A stretch of DNA of 64,000 nucleotides, taken from contig OZ245002.1 of assembly GCA_965223415.1 (NCBI GenBank), positions 1,824,001 through 1,888,000 of the forward strand, in the 5' to 3' direction. This DNA comes from Myxococcota bacterium (GTDB taxonomy: Bacteria; Myxococcota_A; UBA9160; UBA6930). The position numbers and the translations under genes are program-made. Under the pieces are notes generated by a model, which worked only from the letters and a program-made list of their open reading frames with translations, searched no databases and was not told the DNA's origin. Of the stretch, positions 51,379 to 60,076 are shown piece after piece (position 1 is the first letter of the stretch; each line of letters starts with the position of its first letter).

Positions 51379-51396
51379 CCCCTGAGCTAAGGGCCC
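51324..51396 (-). tRNA. tRNA with CAT anticodon, probably tRNA-Ile2 (lysidine); CCA not encoded
   Basis: GGGCCCTTAGCTCAGGGGTTAGAGCACCCGGCTCATAACCGGAGGGTCGCACGTTCGAATCGTGCAGGGCCCA folds as a cloverleaf. Confidence 0.92.
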
Positions 51397-51445
51397 GCCC
51401 CGATGCTAGCGGTTGCGCGCCTCGCGGGGGCCGACTCGCGCGGGC

Positions 51446-51764
51446 CTAGGCCTCGACGATGTCGGCCTTCGTGGTCTCGATGAAAGCGACGACTTCGGCG
51501 CGCTCGCGGTCGGGCACCGAGAAGGTGTCGAGGGTCACGTTCAGGTGGGCCATGAAGCTGGCCCAGTCGCTCTCGCTGATGCGCATCCCCTCGTGGGAGG
51601 TCTTCATGTCGCGCCCGGTGTAGTACATGGGGCCGCCGGCGCTGAAGGCGAGGAAGTCGATCAGGAGCTGCTTCTCCCGGGACACGCCGTCGGCGCCGCG
51701 GTGCTGCCAGAAGCGGCCGAGCTGGGGGTCGGCCATCAGCCGGGAGAGGAGATCGTTCGCTCAC
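51446..51764 (-). pseudogene. group 1 truncated hemoglobin missing its N-terminus
   Basis: ANDLLSRLMADPQLGRFW...GGPMYYTGRDMKTSHEGM; the usual SLYERLGG segment is absent. Confidence 0.7.
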
Positions 51765-51777
51765 GGGGATCGGTCGC

Positions 51778-52869
51778 TCAGTCCGCGTAGCGAAGTCGGT
51801 GAGTCCTCTGCCTCGCGAGGCATCGCGTGCGGATCCGGCCGCGGTAGCAGGCCGTGAGCCAGGGCGCGAGCTCCTGGCGCCACGGGAAGAGGCGACGCGA
51901 GAGGATCTCGTTCACCGAGAGCCGTGTCGGGACGATCCCGAGCTGCACCGCCGGGGGATCGCTGCGCTTGCCCTCGGCGCTCCACTTCACGTAGTTCCGC
52001 CACACCACCCAGATCGCCGCCCGGTACAGCGCCCCCTGCCTCCGCTTCGAGAACGCGATCGTCTCCCGCTTGTGGTTCGCGCTGCCGTGGCGCAAGAGCA
52101 GGTCCGCCAGGTTGATCGGGAAGAGCGGGTTCTTCGCCGTCCTCGCCTTGCGCGACGACGTCGTCTCGTGGACGATCCTCCGCCCCGGGAGCCGGCGAAG
52201 GGCCCCGGGGTAGCTCGGATGCTCGTCCGAGCGCACGACGACCTCCGCGCCCTCCGGCACGATCCGGCCCACGAGCTCCTGGACGGCCTTGCCCGTGGCC
52301 CCGGGGTCCGGACGCCCGTGGGCCTGCTCCAACCGCTCGCGCTTCGCCCGCTGGGCCTTCGTCATCGTCCCGCTCCTCCGCAGCTCGGCCTCGTTGAAGC
52401 CGTAGACGTAGTGGGACGCGCCCACCACCAGGTTCAGGTCGAAGGGCCAGTACTGGCCGGACTCGACGCTGCGGAAGCCGTCGAGGGCCAGGGGCTCGGC
52501 CGGCACCCGGGGCCGGAGGCGCTCGTGGAAGAGCAGGCAGTGGCGCCCCAGGCGCTCGACCTGGCGCTGGAGGGTCGCGTGGGAGACGCCCAGCTCCTGG
52601 GCGATCTGGCGCAGGCCACTGCAGCCGCGCATGCGGAAAAACAGCGTCTCCAGGAGGTCGGGGGCGCGGAGCCAGTAGGTGGGGGAGAACGTCGGTTCAC
52701 TGAACGAGCGGCGGCAGTGTTGACAGAGGTACCGCTGGACGCGGTCGCCGCGGCGGGGGCGGGAGAAGAAGCCCTTCTTCTTGAACCGCCAAGGGCCCGA
52801 ATTCGTGTGGGAATCACATGTGGGGTTCGGACAGTGCGGGGGAACGAAGGTAGCGCCGGCGGTCGGCAT
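51778..52869 (-). CDS. IS1-like transposase (Zn ribbon + HTH + RNase H-like DDE region)
   Basis: CPNPTC...QRYLCQHCRRSFS, LRQIAQELGVS, LDGF, RSDEH, LRH..ANHKRETIAFSKR; no clear TIRs. Confidence 0.7.
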   Translation of the reverse strand: MPTAGATFVPPHCPNPTCDSHTNSGPWRFKKKGFFSRPRRGDRVQRYLCQHCRRSFSEPTFSPTYWLRAPDLLETLFFRMRGCSGLRQIAQELGVSHATLQRQVERLGRHCLLFHERLRPRVPAEPLALDGFRSVESGQYWPFDLNLVVGASHYVYGFNEAELRRSGTMTKAQRAKRERLEQAHGRPDPGATGKAVQELVGRIVPEGAEVVVRSDEHPSYPGALRRLPGRRIVHETTSSRKARTAKNPLFPINLADLLLRHGSANHKRETIAFSKRRQGALYRAAIWVVWRNYVKWSAEGKRSDPPAVQLGIVPTRLSVNEILSRRLFPWRQELAPWLTACYRGRIRTRCLARQRTHRLRYAD

Positions 52870-52920
52870 GACCGCCCTTCACCGCACGTTTCATGCCGGA
52901 CCCATTCTTCGATCCACAAC

Positions 52921-53517
52921 TCAGTCCCCGAGGTGCAGCCGCTTCTCCCGCGCCCGATCCCGGAGCTCCGCCGCGAGCGCCTGGCGCGCCTCGTCTCCCT
53001 CCGTCGTCTCCAAGCGCTTGGCGACGCTCTCGAGCAGCTCCGCGTCCGCGCGGGCGCGGCGGGTGAGCACGCTGGCGAGCTCGTCGATGGCGGCGGCCAC
53101 GCCCGCGAGGCGGTGGCCGGCGCGGAGGCGGGTGGGGGTGGTGTAGTGGCCGTCGGCCAGGCGGTGGAGGGTGTATCGGAGGGAGGAGGTGGGGCCGAGC
53201 ATGCGGTGGGTCTCGACGACGACCAGGGCCATGGCGGCCAGGCACACGGCGAGGCCACTCGTGACCAGGGCGGCCCAGCCGAGGGGGGAGGCGTCGGCCA
53301 GGGAGCGGGCGATGCTGGCGTCGTGCTCGGCGAGGGTCTGCTGGAGGAGGTAGGTCTCGTGGTGGATGCCGGCGGCCAGGAGCAGGACGCCGCCGAACAG
53401 GATGGCAGCGACGGTGGCGGCCAGGCCGAGCTGGTAGCGGGCGTCGATGACGACGGTGCGGCGCTGGCCGAGGACGAAGCCGAGGAAGCGTGGCGTGGCG
53501 ACGACGGGCTCGGACAT
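52921..53517 (-). CDS. hypothetical two-TM membrane protein with a HAMP-like segment
   Basis: ATG 53517 after GGAGG; RRTVVIDARYQ, THRMLGP...LADG...LRAGH. Confidence 0.65.
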   Translation of the reverse strand: MSEPVVATPRFLGFVLGQRRTVVIDARYQLGLAATVAAILFGGVLLLAAGIHHETYLLQQTLAEHDASIARSLADASPLGWAALVTSGLAVCLAAMALVVVETHRMLGPTSSLRYTLHRLADGHYTTPTRLRAGHRLAGVAAAIDELASVLTRRARADAELLESVAKRLETTEGDEARQALAAELRDRAREKRLHLGD

Positions 53518-53575
53518 GGGGGTACCTCCTGGCCTCTGGATCGGACGAGCGGGAGGTCCTTCGGTGTGGGCGCCG

Positions 53576-54187
53576 TCACGGTCCGCTGGGGGCGACGGGA
53601 GCTCCGGCAGCGCCGTGCTCGGCATGGCAGCCCCGGCACTCCCGGTCGATGCGCTCCCGAACCAGGAAGTAGACGATCCCGCTCCCGCCCCGCTCGTGCA
53701 CCGCGTGACACGAGACGCACACGGGCACGTCCTCCGCGTCGTGCTCCGCCACGCCATGGAAGGCCTCCAACGTGAAGCCCGGCGCCGCCGAGCCGCGCTG
53801 GGTCGGATGGCAGCGGCGGCAGGCGTCCTTCGAGAGATCGAAGGGCATGGCGTCCGGCTCCTCGAAGGCGCCGGCCAGGTATCGGACGCCGTCCCACGCC
53901 GCGAACGCCTTCACCCGCGCGTGCTCCATGGGCGCAGCGCCGGCGTGGCAGTCGATGCAGCGGAAGGCCGAGTCCTCGCGCTCCTCGACCCAGCCCCGCC
54001 CGTGCACGCCCGCCAGGCTCACCGGGATCACGCGGTCGAAGTCCTCGCGGATCTCCTGATGAAGTGGCGTCGCGTCGGGCAGGTGGCAGGAGGTGCAGAA
54101 GTCGTTGCGTTGCTCGAGGTGGTCGGTGACCGCCCACGCGAAGCCGCCGAGAAGCATCAGGAGCGCGAGGAGCCCGAGCGGTCGCAT
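53576..54187 (-). CDS. pentaheme c-type cytochrome (NapC/NirT-like N-terminus)
   Basis: CTSCH, CIDCH, CRRCH, CVSCH, CRGCH; N-terminal anchor. Confidence 0.8.
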   Translation of the reverse strand: MRPLGLLALLMLLGGFAWAVTDHLEQRNDFCTSCHLPDATPLHQEIREDFDRVIPVSLAGVHGRGWVEEREDSAFRCIDCHAGAAPMEHARVKAFAAWDGVRYLAGAFEEPDAMPFDLSKDACRRCHPTQRGSAAPGFTLEAFHGVAEHDAEDVPVCVSCHAVHERGGSGIVYFLVRERIDRECRGCHAEHGAAGAPVAPSGP

Positions 54188-54257
54188 GCGCGGCGAGTTT
54201 CAGCAACCGGACGCGGTGGCACAAGCAGCACGAGCAGCGGCGGCTTCGGAACCGCGC

Positions 54258-55442
54258 TCAGCTCCCCTCCTCGGCGGCTTCGAGCATGCCCTGCAGGCGC
54301 CCGACGCTCTCGACGAACTCGTCCATGAACTCGTAGATCACCTCGGCGCTGCTCTTCTCCTCCTTCATCCGCCCGACCACCTGGCCAACGGGCATGCCGA
54401 CCAGTGCCTGGGCCTTGGCGCCGTCCTTCCGCGCCGCCAGGCCGATGCGGGCCTGGGCGTCGGCGGTGGCCATGTACTGCAGCGGCATGGGCAGGGTGCC
54501 GGGGCACTCGGGGCGCTCCCAGGCCTCGGTCCAGGCGGTGCGTAGGAGCCGCGCGGGCTTGCCGGAGAGCGAGCGCGAGCGCACGGCGTCGCGCGGGCCG
54601 GCCCGGAAGAGCTTGCCCTTCACGAGGGGGGAGACGTCGGCTTCGCGCACGCCGAGCCACACGCTGCCGGTCCAGATGCCTTGGGCGCCCAGGGCCATGG
54701 CGGCGGCGGCCTGGCGTCCGCTGGCGATGCCGCCGGCGCCGAGCACGGGGGTGGGGGCGACGGCGTCGACGATGTCGGGCAGTAGCACCATCGAGCCGAT
54801 CTCGCCGGTGTGGCCGCCGGCCTCGGTGCCCTGGGCGACGATGATGTCGACACCCTGCTCCTTCTGGCGCAGCGCGTGCTCCACGGTGCCGGTGAGGGCC
54901 GCCACCTTCACGTCGTGCTCGTGGGCCAGGTCGATGATGTCCTTCGGCGGCGGGCCGAGGGCGTTCACGAGCAGCTTCACGCGCTCGTGCTTCAGCGCGA
55001 TGGCGACGTGGTTGCGGCCGCCGCCTTCGGTCCATCCCAAGAGGCCCTGCTGGCCGGCGCCGCCGGTGCCGGGATCTCGCTCGTGGTCTTTGGGCAGCAG
55101 CGGCACCTCGTACTCCTCGAGCACGGTCTCGATCCACGCGGTCACCTCCGGCGGGATCATGCTCTTGAACTGGACGGCGTCCTCGGCGTCGCCCTTCTTG
55201 CCGAGGCCGGTCTCCTTGCCGATGTGGCCCATGGGCATGACGGTGTCGACGCCGTAGGGCTTGTCGCCGGTGTGCTCGTCGATCCACTTGCACTCGATCT
55301 CGAGCTGCTCCGGGCTGAAGGCCAGGGCGCCGAGCACGCCCAGGCCGCCGGCGTTGCTCACGGCGGCCACCACGTCCCGGCAGTGACTGAAGGCGAAGAT
55401 GGGGACGTCGATGCCGAACAGGTCGCACAGCTCGGTGCGCAT
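54258..55442 (-). CDS. nitronate monooxygenase family flavoprotein
   Basis: ATG 55442; FAFSHCRDVVAAVS, QGTEAGGHTG, AGGIASGR, MPVGQ. Confidence 0.88.
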   Translation of the reverse strand: MRTELCDLFGIDVPIFAFSHCRDVVAAVSNAGGLGVLGALAFSPEQLEIECKWIDEHTGDKPYGVDTVMPMGHIGKETGLGKKGDAEDAVQFKSMIPPEVTAWIETVLEEYEVPLLPKDHERDPGTGGAGQQGLLGWTEGGGRNHVAIALKHERVKLLVNALGPPPKDIIDLAHEHDVKVAALTGTVEHALRQKEQGVDIIVAQGTEAGGHTGEIGSMVLLPDIVDAVAPTPVLGAGGIASGRQAAAAMALGAQGIWTGSVWLGVREADVSPLVKGKLFRAGPRDAVRSRSLSGKPARLLRTAWTEAWERPECPGTLPMPLQYMATADAQARIGLAARKDGAKAQALVGMPVGQVVGRMKEEKSSAEVIYEFMDEFVESVGRLQGMLEAAEEGS

Positions 55443-55453
55443 GGGGCTCCTCC

Positions 55454-56125
55454 TCAGGATGCGGGGACGATCTCGTGCAGGTTCTTCGGAACCTCGGTGG
55501 CGCGGCCGTGCTGGAAGCGCAGCGCGCACTGGCCGCAGCCCTGGCCGAGGGTCTCGTGGGCGTCGACGCCCATGTTCATGAGCCTGCTATAGGTGACGTC
55601 GGCGAAGTTGCAGTAGGGCGAGAGCTCGCGCACGTCCTGGGCTGCGTACCACTTGTTGACGGCGCACTCGTCGAAGACCATGGAGATCTCGCCGCCGGGG
55701 CCGTGCTCGACCCGCCACACGAAGTCCTCGGTGTAGCGTTTCTCCTGGGAGCGGCGGGCCTGGCGCTCGAAGTAGCGGCGGGCCAGCCTCGAGAGCGCGA
55801 GCCGGCCGATCGCACGCAGCAGCCAGGCGGGCTTGCGGCGCAGCCACGCGTCGAAGGCCTCCTGACAGGCGCGCACGCTGTCCGCGGCGCTGAGCCCGTG
55901 CTCGCGCATGGCGCGGTGTAGCGCCACGATCCAGCCGTTCGTGGTCATCACGCCCTGGAAGACGTTGCGGCGCCCGCCAATGTCGGGCACCTGGGGGCGC
56001 AGTCGCTCGTACTCAGGGCGGGCGGCGACGACGATTTCGTCGGCCCGCGCCGCGCCGTGGTGGCGGACCAGGACGGGGCGCACCTCGCGCAGGAAGACTT
56101 CGAAGGTGCGGTAGCGGACGGGCAT
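55454..56125 (-). CDS. ATC-hydrolase-like (4VR-related) domain protein
   Basis: ECAV, YCNFAD, TLGQGCGQCALRF. Confidence 0.7.
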   Translation of the reverse strand: MPVRYRTFEVFLREVRPVLVRHHGAARADEIVVAARPEYERLRPQVPDIGGRRNVFQGVMTTNGWIVALHRAMREHGLSAADSVRACQEAFDAWLRRKPAWLLRAIGRLALSRLARRYFERQARRSQEKRYTEDFVWRVEHGPGGEISMVFDECAVNKWYAAQDVRELSPYCNFADVTYSRLMNMGVDAHETLGQGCGQCALRFQHGRATEVPKNLHEIVPAS

Positions 56126-56145
56126 GGGGCGACCTCACGGGTCCA

Positions 56146-56935
56146 TTGTACGCTAGCCGCGTGATCTGGGCGGACGACAGGGACCGCGGGCTGCCCATCG
56201 TCGGCCAGGGCGCCGGCAACGCGATCGGCCAGGTGGTGTTCGTCGTCGCGGCGGCCGTCCTCGCCGGCGTGATCAGTGCGCGCTGGGGCGGGAACCTGTG
56301 GCCCCTGTCCTGGCCGCTCTGGGCCCAGGTGCTGCTGGCGATCATCGCCGCCGAGGGGCTCGACTACTGGCGCCATCGCCTGGAGCACCAGGTGTCGTGG
56401 CTCTGGCCGATCCACGCGCTGCACCACGATCTCGACCGCATGAACGTCATCAAGTCGAGCCGCGGCCACTTCCTCGACATGTTCTTCCGCAACCTCGTGG
56501 TCTATGCGCCGCTGGCGCTGGTGGGCGCGCCCATGGAGGTGATGCTCTCCTACGCCGCCGCGGTCACCGTGTTCGGCCCCCGTCGCCCACGCCAACGTCG
56601 TGGTCCCGGCGCCGCGCTGGCTCTACCGCCTCGTGCTCACGCCCCAGGTGCACTGGCTGCATCACGCCCGGCCGATGGCGCTCTCTTGCAGCAACTGCGC
56701 AAACGTCTTCCCCTGGGGGGATGTGCTCTTCGGGAGCTTCGAGCATCCCGACGACCACCCGATCTTCGAATACGGGATCGAGGAGCCCCGCCAGCCCGAA
56801 GGCTTCCTGGGACAGCTCGTCGCGCCCTTCGAGGACTGGCGTCAGGCAGCCAGCGGGTTCTCGTGGAAGGCCGCGGGCACCTCCTCGGGCGCCAGCTTGA
56901 CGAGGTCGTCCTCGGTGAGCGGCCCCTCCGAGTAG
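56146..56935 (+). pseudogene. sterol desaturase/fatty acid hydroxylase, frameshifted near 56580
   Basis: YWRHRLEH and IHALHH in one frame; AHAN and HWLHH in another; extra C in GGCCCCCGTC. Confidence 0.75.
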
Positions 56936-57441
56936 GCATGCTCGCCGGCGCCGAGCCCGTCCTCGTCGAACACGAAGGAGAGACAGGTGCGCTTGGTCGC
57001 CTGGTAGACGGCCTCCGGGTCGTCCACCTCGATGCCGAAGATCGGCTCGAGCAGCTGGCCCGGGTAGAGCTGGTGGACGAGGCCCTCGACGAAGACCACG
57101 TCGGTGCCGACCACGAGCTTCTCGACCTCGAAGTGGATCAGGTAGATGTTCGACTCGATGAGCCCGCGGTAGTGGGTCTCCAGCTCCTCGTAGCTCTGGG
57201 GCGCGCCGAAGCGGGCGCCGTAGGTGGCGTAGTGCTGGCGCTTCTTCGAGCAGGTGGCCATCAGCGTCTCGTAGTCGCCGGAGGCCTCGGCGCGGGCGTG
57301 GTCGATGAAGTTCTGCAGGATCTGCCGCCGCCGTGGCTCCTCCAGGGTCTCGAGGTGGCGCTCGGCCACCTCGACGACGTTCATCGGGTCGAACCGCGCC
57401 ATGTCGATGGGCTTGTTCTCCAGGGTGTGGCCGATGTACAT
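56842..57441 (-). CDS. NTF2/SnoaL-like hypothetical protein
   Basis: ATG 57441; HARAEASGDYETLMAT, C-terminal FVFDEDG..GEHAY. Confidence 0.6.
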   Translation of the reverse strand: MYIGHTLENKPIDMARFDPMNVVEVAERHLETLEEPRRRQILQNFIDHARAEASGDYETLMATCSKKRQHYATYGARFGAPQSYEELETHYRGLIESNIYLIHFEVEKLVVGTDVVFVEGLVHQLYPGQLLEPIFGIEVDDPEAVYQATKRTCLSFVFDEDGLGAGEHAYSEGPLTEDDLVKLAPEEVPAAFHENPLAA

Positions 57442-57443
57442 GC

Positions 57444-60056
57444 CTAGCTTCCTCCCTCGGAGCGGCGGTAGACGGTCGCTCCTTCCTTGATCGTCTCGAG
57501 GACGACGAGATTCCGAAGCTCCGCCGTCGGAATGGCGAGCGGATCCCGGTCGAGGATCACGAGATCGGCGAGCTTGCCGACCTCGATCGAGCCTTTTCGA
57601 TCCTCTTCGAAGAGCTGGCGGGCGCCCTCGATCGTGCTGGCTTCGAGGGCCTGCTGCACGGAGATCCGCTGGTCGGCGCCGATTACGCGGCCACTGCGGG
57701 TGCTGCGCTCGACGGCGGTCCAGATCAGCAGGAAGGGATCGACCGGGTGCACGGGCGAATCGTGGTGCAGGGTGACGGAGAGCCCGCGGTCCAGAGCGGA
57801 GCGCGCCGGGTTGAGGCGCTCGGTGCGCTCCGGGCCGTAGATGACCTCTCGGTGGAAATCGCCGAAGTAGAAGTTGTGGGCGACCTGGAAGGTGAGGGTG
57901 ACGTCCAGATCTTCGAGCGCGTCGAGCTGGTCCTCCTGGGCCTGCTGGAGGTGGATCAGCTGGGTGCGGCGGTCGTCGCCGGGGAAGCGCGCCTCGGCCT
58001 CGCGCAGCGCGGTGATGCACTGGTCGAGGGCGGCGTCACCCAGGGCGTGGATGGCGAGGGGGACGCCCGCCTCGTAGTAGGAGGCGACGATCCGGTTCAT
58101 GCGCTCCTGGTCGGCGATGGAGGAGTAGCCGCGATAGCCCTCCTCGCCGGGGAGCTGCACGTGGTACGGCTTGCGCAGGAAGGCGGTACGGCCGGGAGAG
58201 CCGCCGTCGAGGTTGATCTTGCCGCCGCCGACGCGGAGGTGGTCGGTGTAGGCCGGGGTGTGCGCCGCTGCGGTCTCCGCGGCGGAGCTGGTCGCGAAGA
58301 AGAGGAAGGCCACCACGTCGACGGGGATGCGCCCGTCCGCCGCCAGCCGGCGCAGCAGCGTGAGGCTGCTCTCGTCGGCGGCCATCTCGGTCACGGTCGT
58401 GTAGCCGTTGCGCACGTAGAGATCGAGCGCCTGCTCGACCAGACGCCCAGCGCCCACCGCGTCGCCGAGCAGGCCTCCGGCGGCGCGCATCATCACCGGG
58501 ATGTGGGCCGTCTCCTCGAGGATGCCGTTCGGCTCGCGGCTGCCCGGCAGGCGCTGGATCACGCCGCCCTCGGGCGCTACCGAGTCCGCGGTGATACCGG
58601 CCAGCTCGAGGGCGCGGGAGTTCAGCACGCTCTGGTGGACGGAGAAGTGCAGCAGGAAAATGGGGACGTCCCTGCTGACCGCGTCGAGATCCTGCTTCGT
58701 CGGATGGCGGCCGTCGGCGAGCATCGCGTTGTCGTAGCCGAAGCCGAGCAGCCACTCGTCCGGGCCACGGGGCTTGCGCTCGAGCTCGGTCCTCAGGCGG
58801 GCCTGGATGTCGGCGATGCTCGTCACGTCGCCGGCGGGGGGCGGGTCCATCGGAACGGTCGCCAGCTTGAGGCCGGTCTGGACCAAATGACTGTGGGAGT
58901 CGATGAAGCCGGGGAAGAGGGCGCGGCCGCCGAGATCGGTCCAGGTGGCGCCGACCGATGCAGCCTCACGAGCGCTCTCCGGGGTTCCGACGTGGGTGAT
59001 CCGACCATCCGTCACCACGACGGCTTCCGCGCTCGGCTGCGCCGGGTCCATCGTGAGGATCCTGCCGCCATGGAAGACGCGGCCGGCCTCGAGGCGGCCC
59101 GCGACGCCGACGATGATCTCCGCCAGCTCCGGGCCGGCGTCCTCCTGCAGGAAGTGGCCGGCGTTCTCGATGGTGCGGTGGGGCTGGCCCCGGGCTCCGG
59201 GGACGCGCTCGCGGAACACCTGGTCGCCGCCGCGGGTGATCGGGTCGCCGTCGCTGAAGGCGAGCACGAAGGGCTTCTGCCAGGCCTCGAACACCTTCCA
59301 GGCGGCGCAGTTCGCGGGGATGGCGGGGTCGTCGGCGGAGATGGGGACGAGGGAGGGCATGATGCGAGCGCCGGCTTCGTAGCGGGTGTCCGGGAAGGGC
59401 GCCTCGTAGGCGGCCCGCACGTCGGGGCCGAGCTCGGTGGTCGTCGAGGCCTCGATCAACCGGCCGATCGGGAAGACCGGGGTGTAGCGGGAGAACACGA
59501 GCCAGGTGAGGAAGGGGAGCGGGTTCCCGGCAGGAGCTCCCTCGGCAGCGGGGAGGCCGGTGTTGCCGATCACCACGGCGGCGAAGCGGTCCGGGTCTTC
59601 GGCGACGACGCGCAGGCCGATCAGGCCGCCCCAGTCCTGGCCGAAGAAGACGGCGTCCTGGAGGTCGAGGCGGCGCACCAGCTCGGCCTGCACGCCCACC
59701 TGCATGGCGTAGGAGTAGTCGTCCTTGCGGGCGTACTTGTCGGAGCGGCCGAAGCCGACGAGATCCGGCGCGACGACGCGCAGGCCGGCCGCGGTGAGCG
59801 GCGGGATCATCGTGCGGTAGAGGTAGGCCCAGCTCGGCTCGCCGTGAAGGAGGAGCACCGGGCGCCCGTCGCGCGGGCCTTCGTCCACGTAGTGGATGCG
59901 CAGGCCGTCGATCTCCTCGTAGTGCGGCTCGAAGGGCCAGTCGGGGAGGTCGGCGAAGCGCTCGTCGGGCGTGCGGAGGATTTCGCCGGGCTCGCCTCCG
60001 CCGCCGCAGGCCGCGAGCAGGAGGCCTACGAGGAGGGTCGCCGTGGTGGATCGCAT
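57444..60056 (-). CDS. lipoprotein fusion of haloalkane dehalogenase and YtcJ-like amidohydrolase
   Basis: LAAC lipobox; LRTPDERF, HGEPSW, GQDWGG, GHFLQED; then PGFIDSHSH, HALGD, IH, HHDSPV, GKLADLVIL. Confidence 0.85.
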   Translation of the reverse strand: MRSTTATLLVGLLLAACGGGGEPGEILRTPDERFADLPDWPFEPHYEEIDGLRIHYVDEGPRDGRPVLLLHGEPSWAYLYRTMIPPLTAAGLRVVAPDLVGFGRSDKYARKDDYSYAMQVGVQAELVRRLDLQDAVFFGQDWGGLIGLRVVAEDPDRFAAVVIGNTGLPAAEGAPAGNPLPFLTWLVFSRYTPVFPIGRLIEASTTTELGPDVRAAYEAPFPDTRYEAGARIMPSLVPISADDPAIPANCAAWKVFEAWQKPFVLAFSDGDPITRGGDQVFRERVPGARGQPHRTIENAGHFLQEDAGPELAEIIVGVAGRLEAGRVFHGGRILTMDPAQPSAEAVVVTDGRITHVGTPESAREAASVGATWTDLGGRALFPGFIDSHSHLVQTGLKLATVPMDPPPAGDVTSIADIQARLRTELERKPRGPDEWLLGFGYDNAMLADGRHPTKQDLDAVSRDVPIFLLHFSVHQSVLNSRALELAGITADSVAPEGGVIQRLPGSREPNGILEETAHIPVMMRAAGGLLGDAVGAGRLVEQALDLYVRNGYTTVTEMAADESSLTLLRRLAADGRIPVDVVAFLFFATSSAAETAAAHTPAYTDHLRVGGGKINLDGGSPGRTAFLRKPYHVQLPGEEGYRGYSSIADQERMNRIVASYYEAGVPLAIHALGDAALDQCITALREAEARFPGDDRRTQLIHLQQAQEDQLDALEDLDVTLTFQVAHNFYFGDFHREVIYGPERTERLNPARSALDRGLSVTLHHDSPVHPVDPFLLIWTAVERSTRSGRVIGADQRISVQQALEASTIEGARQLFEEDRKGSIEVGKLADLVILDRDPLAIPTAELRNLVVLETIKEGATVYRRSEGGS

Positions 60057-60076
60057 CGGGGCCCAGCCTACCGCGT

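Noticed and set aside
51324..51396. tRNA-Met assignment
   Set aside because: It has a paired G1-C72, no GGG/CCC anticodon stem (so not initiator), and an overall sequence closer to Ile2; elongator Met is not fully excluded without tRNAscan-SE.
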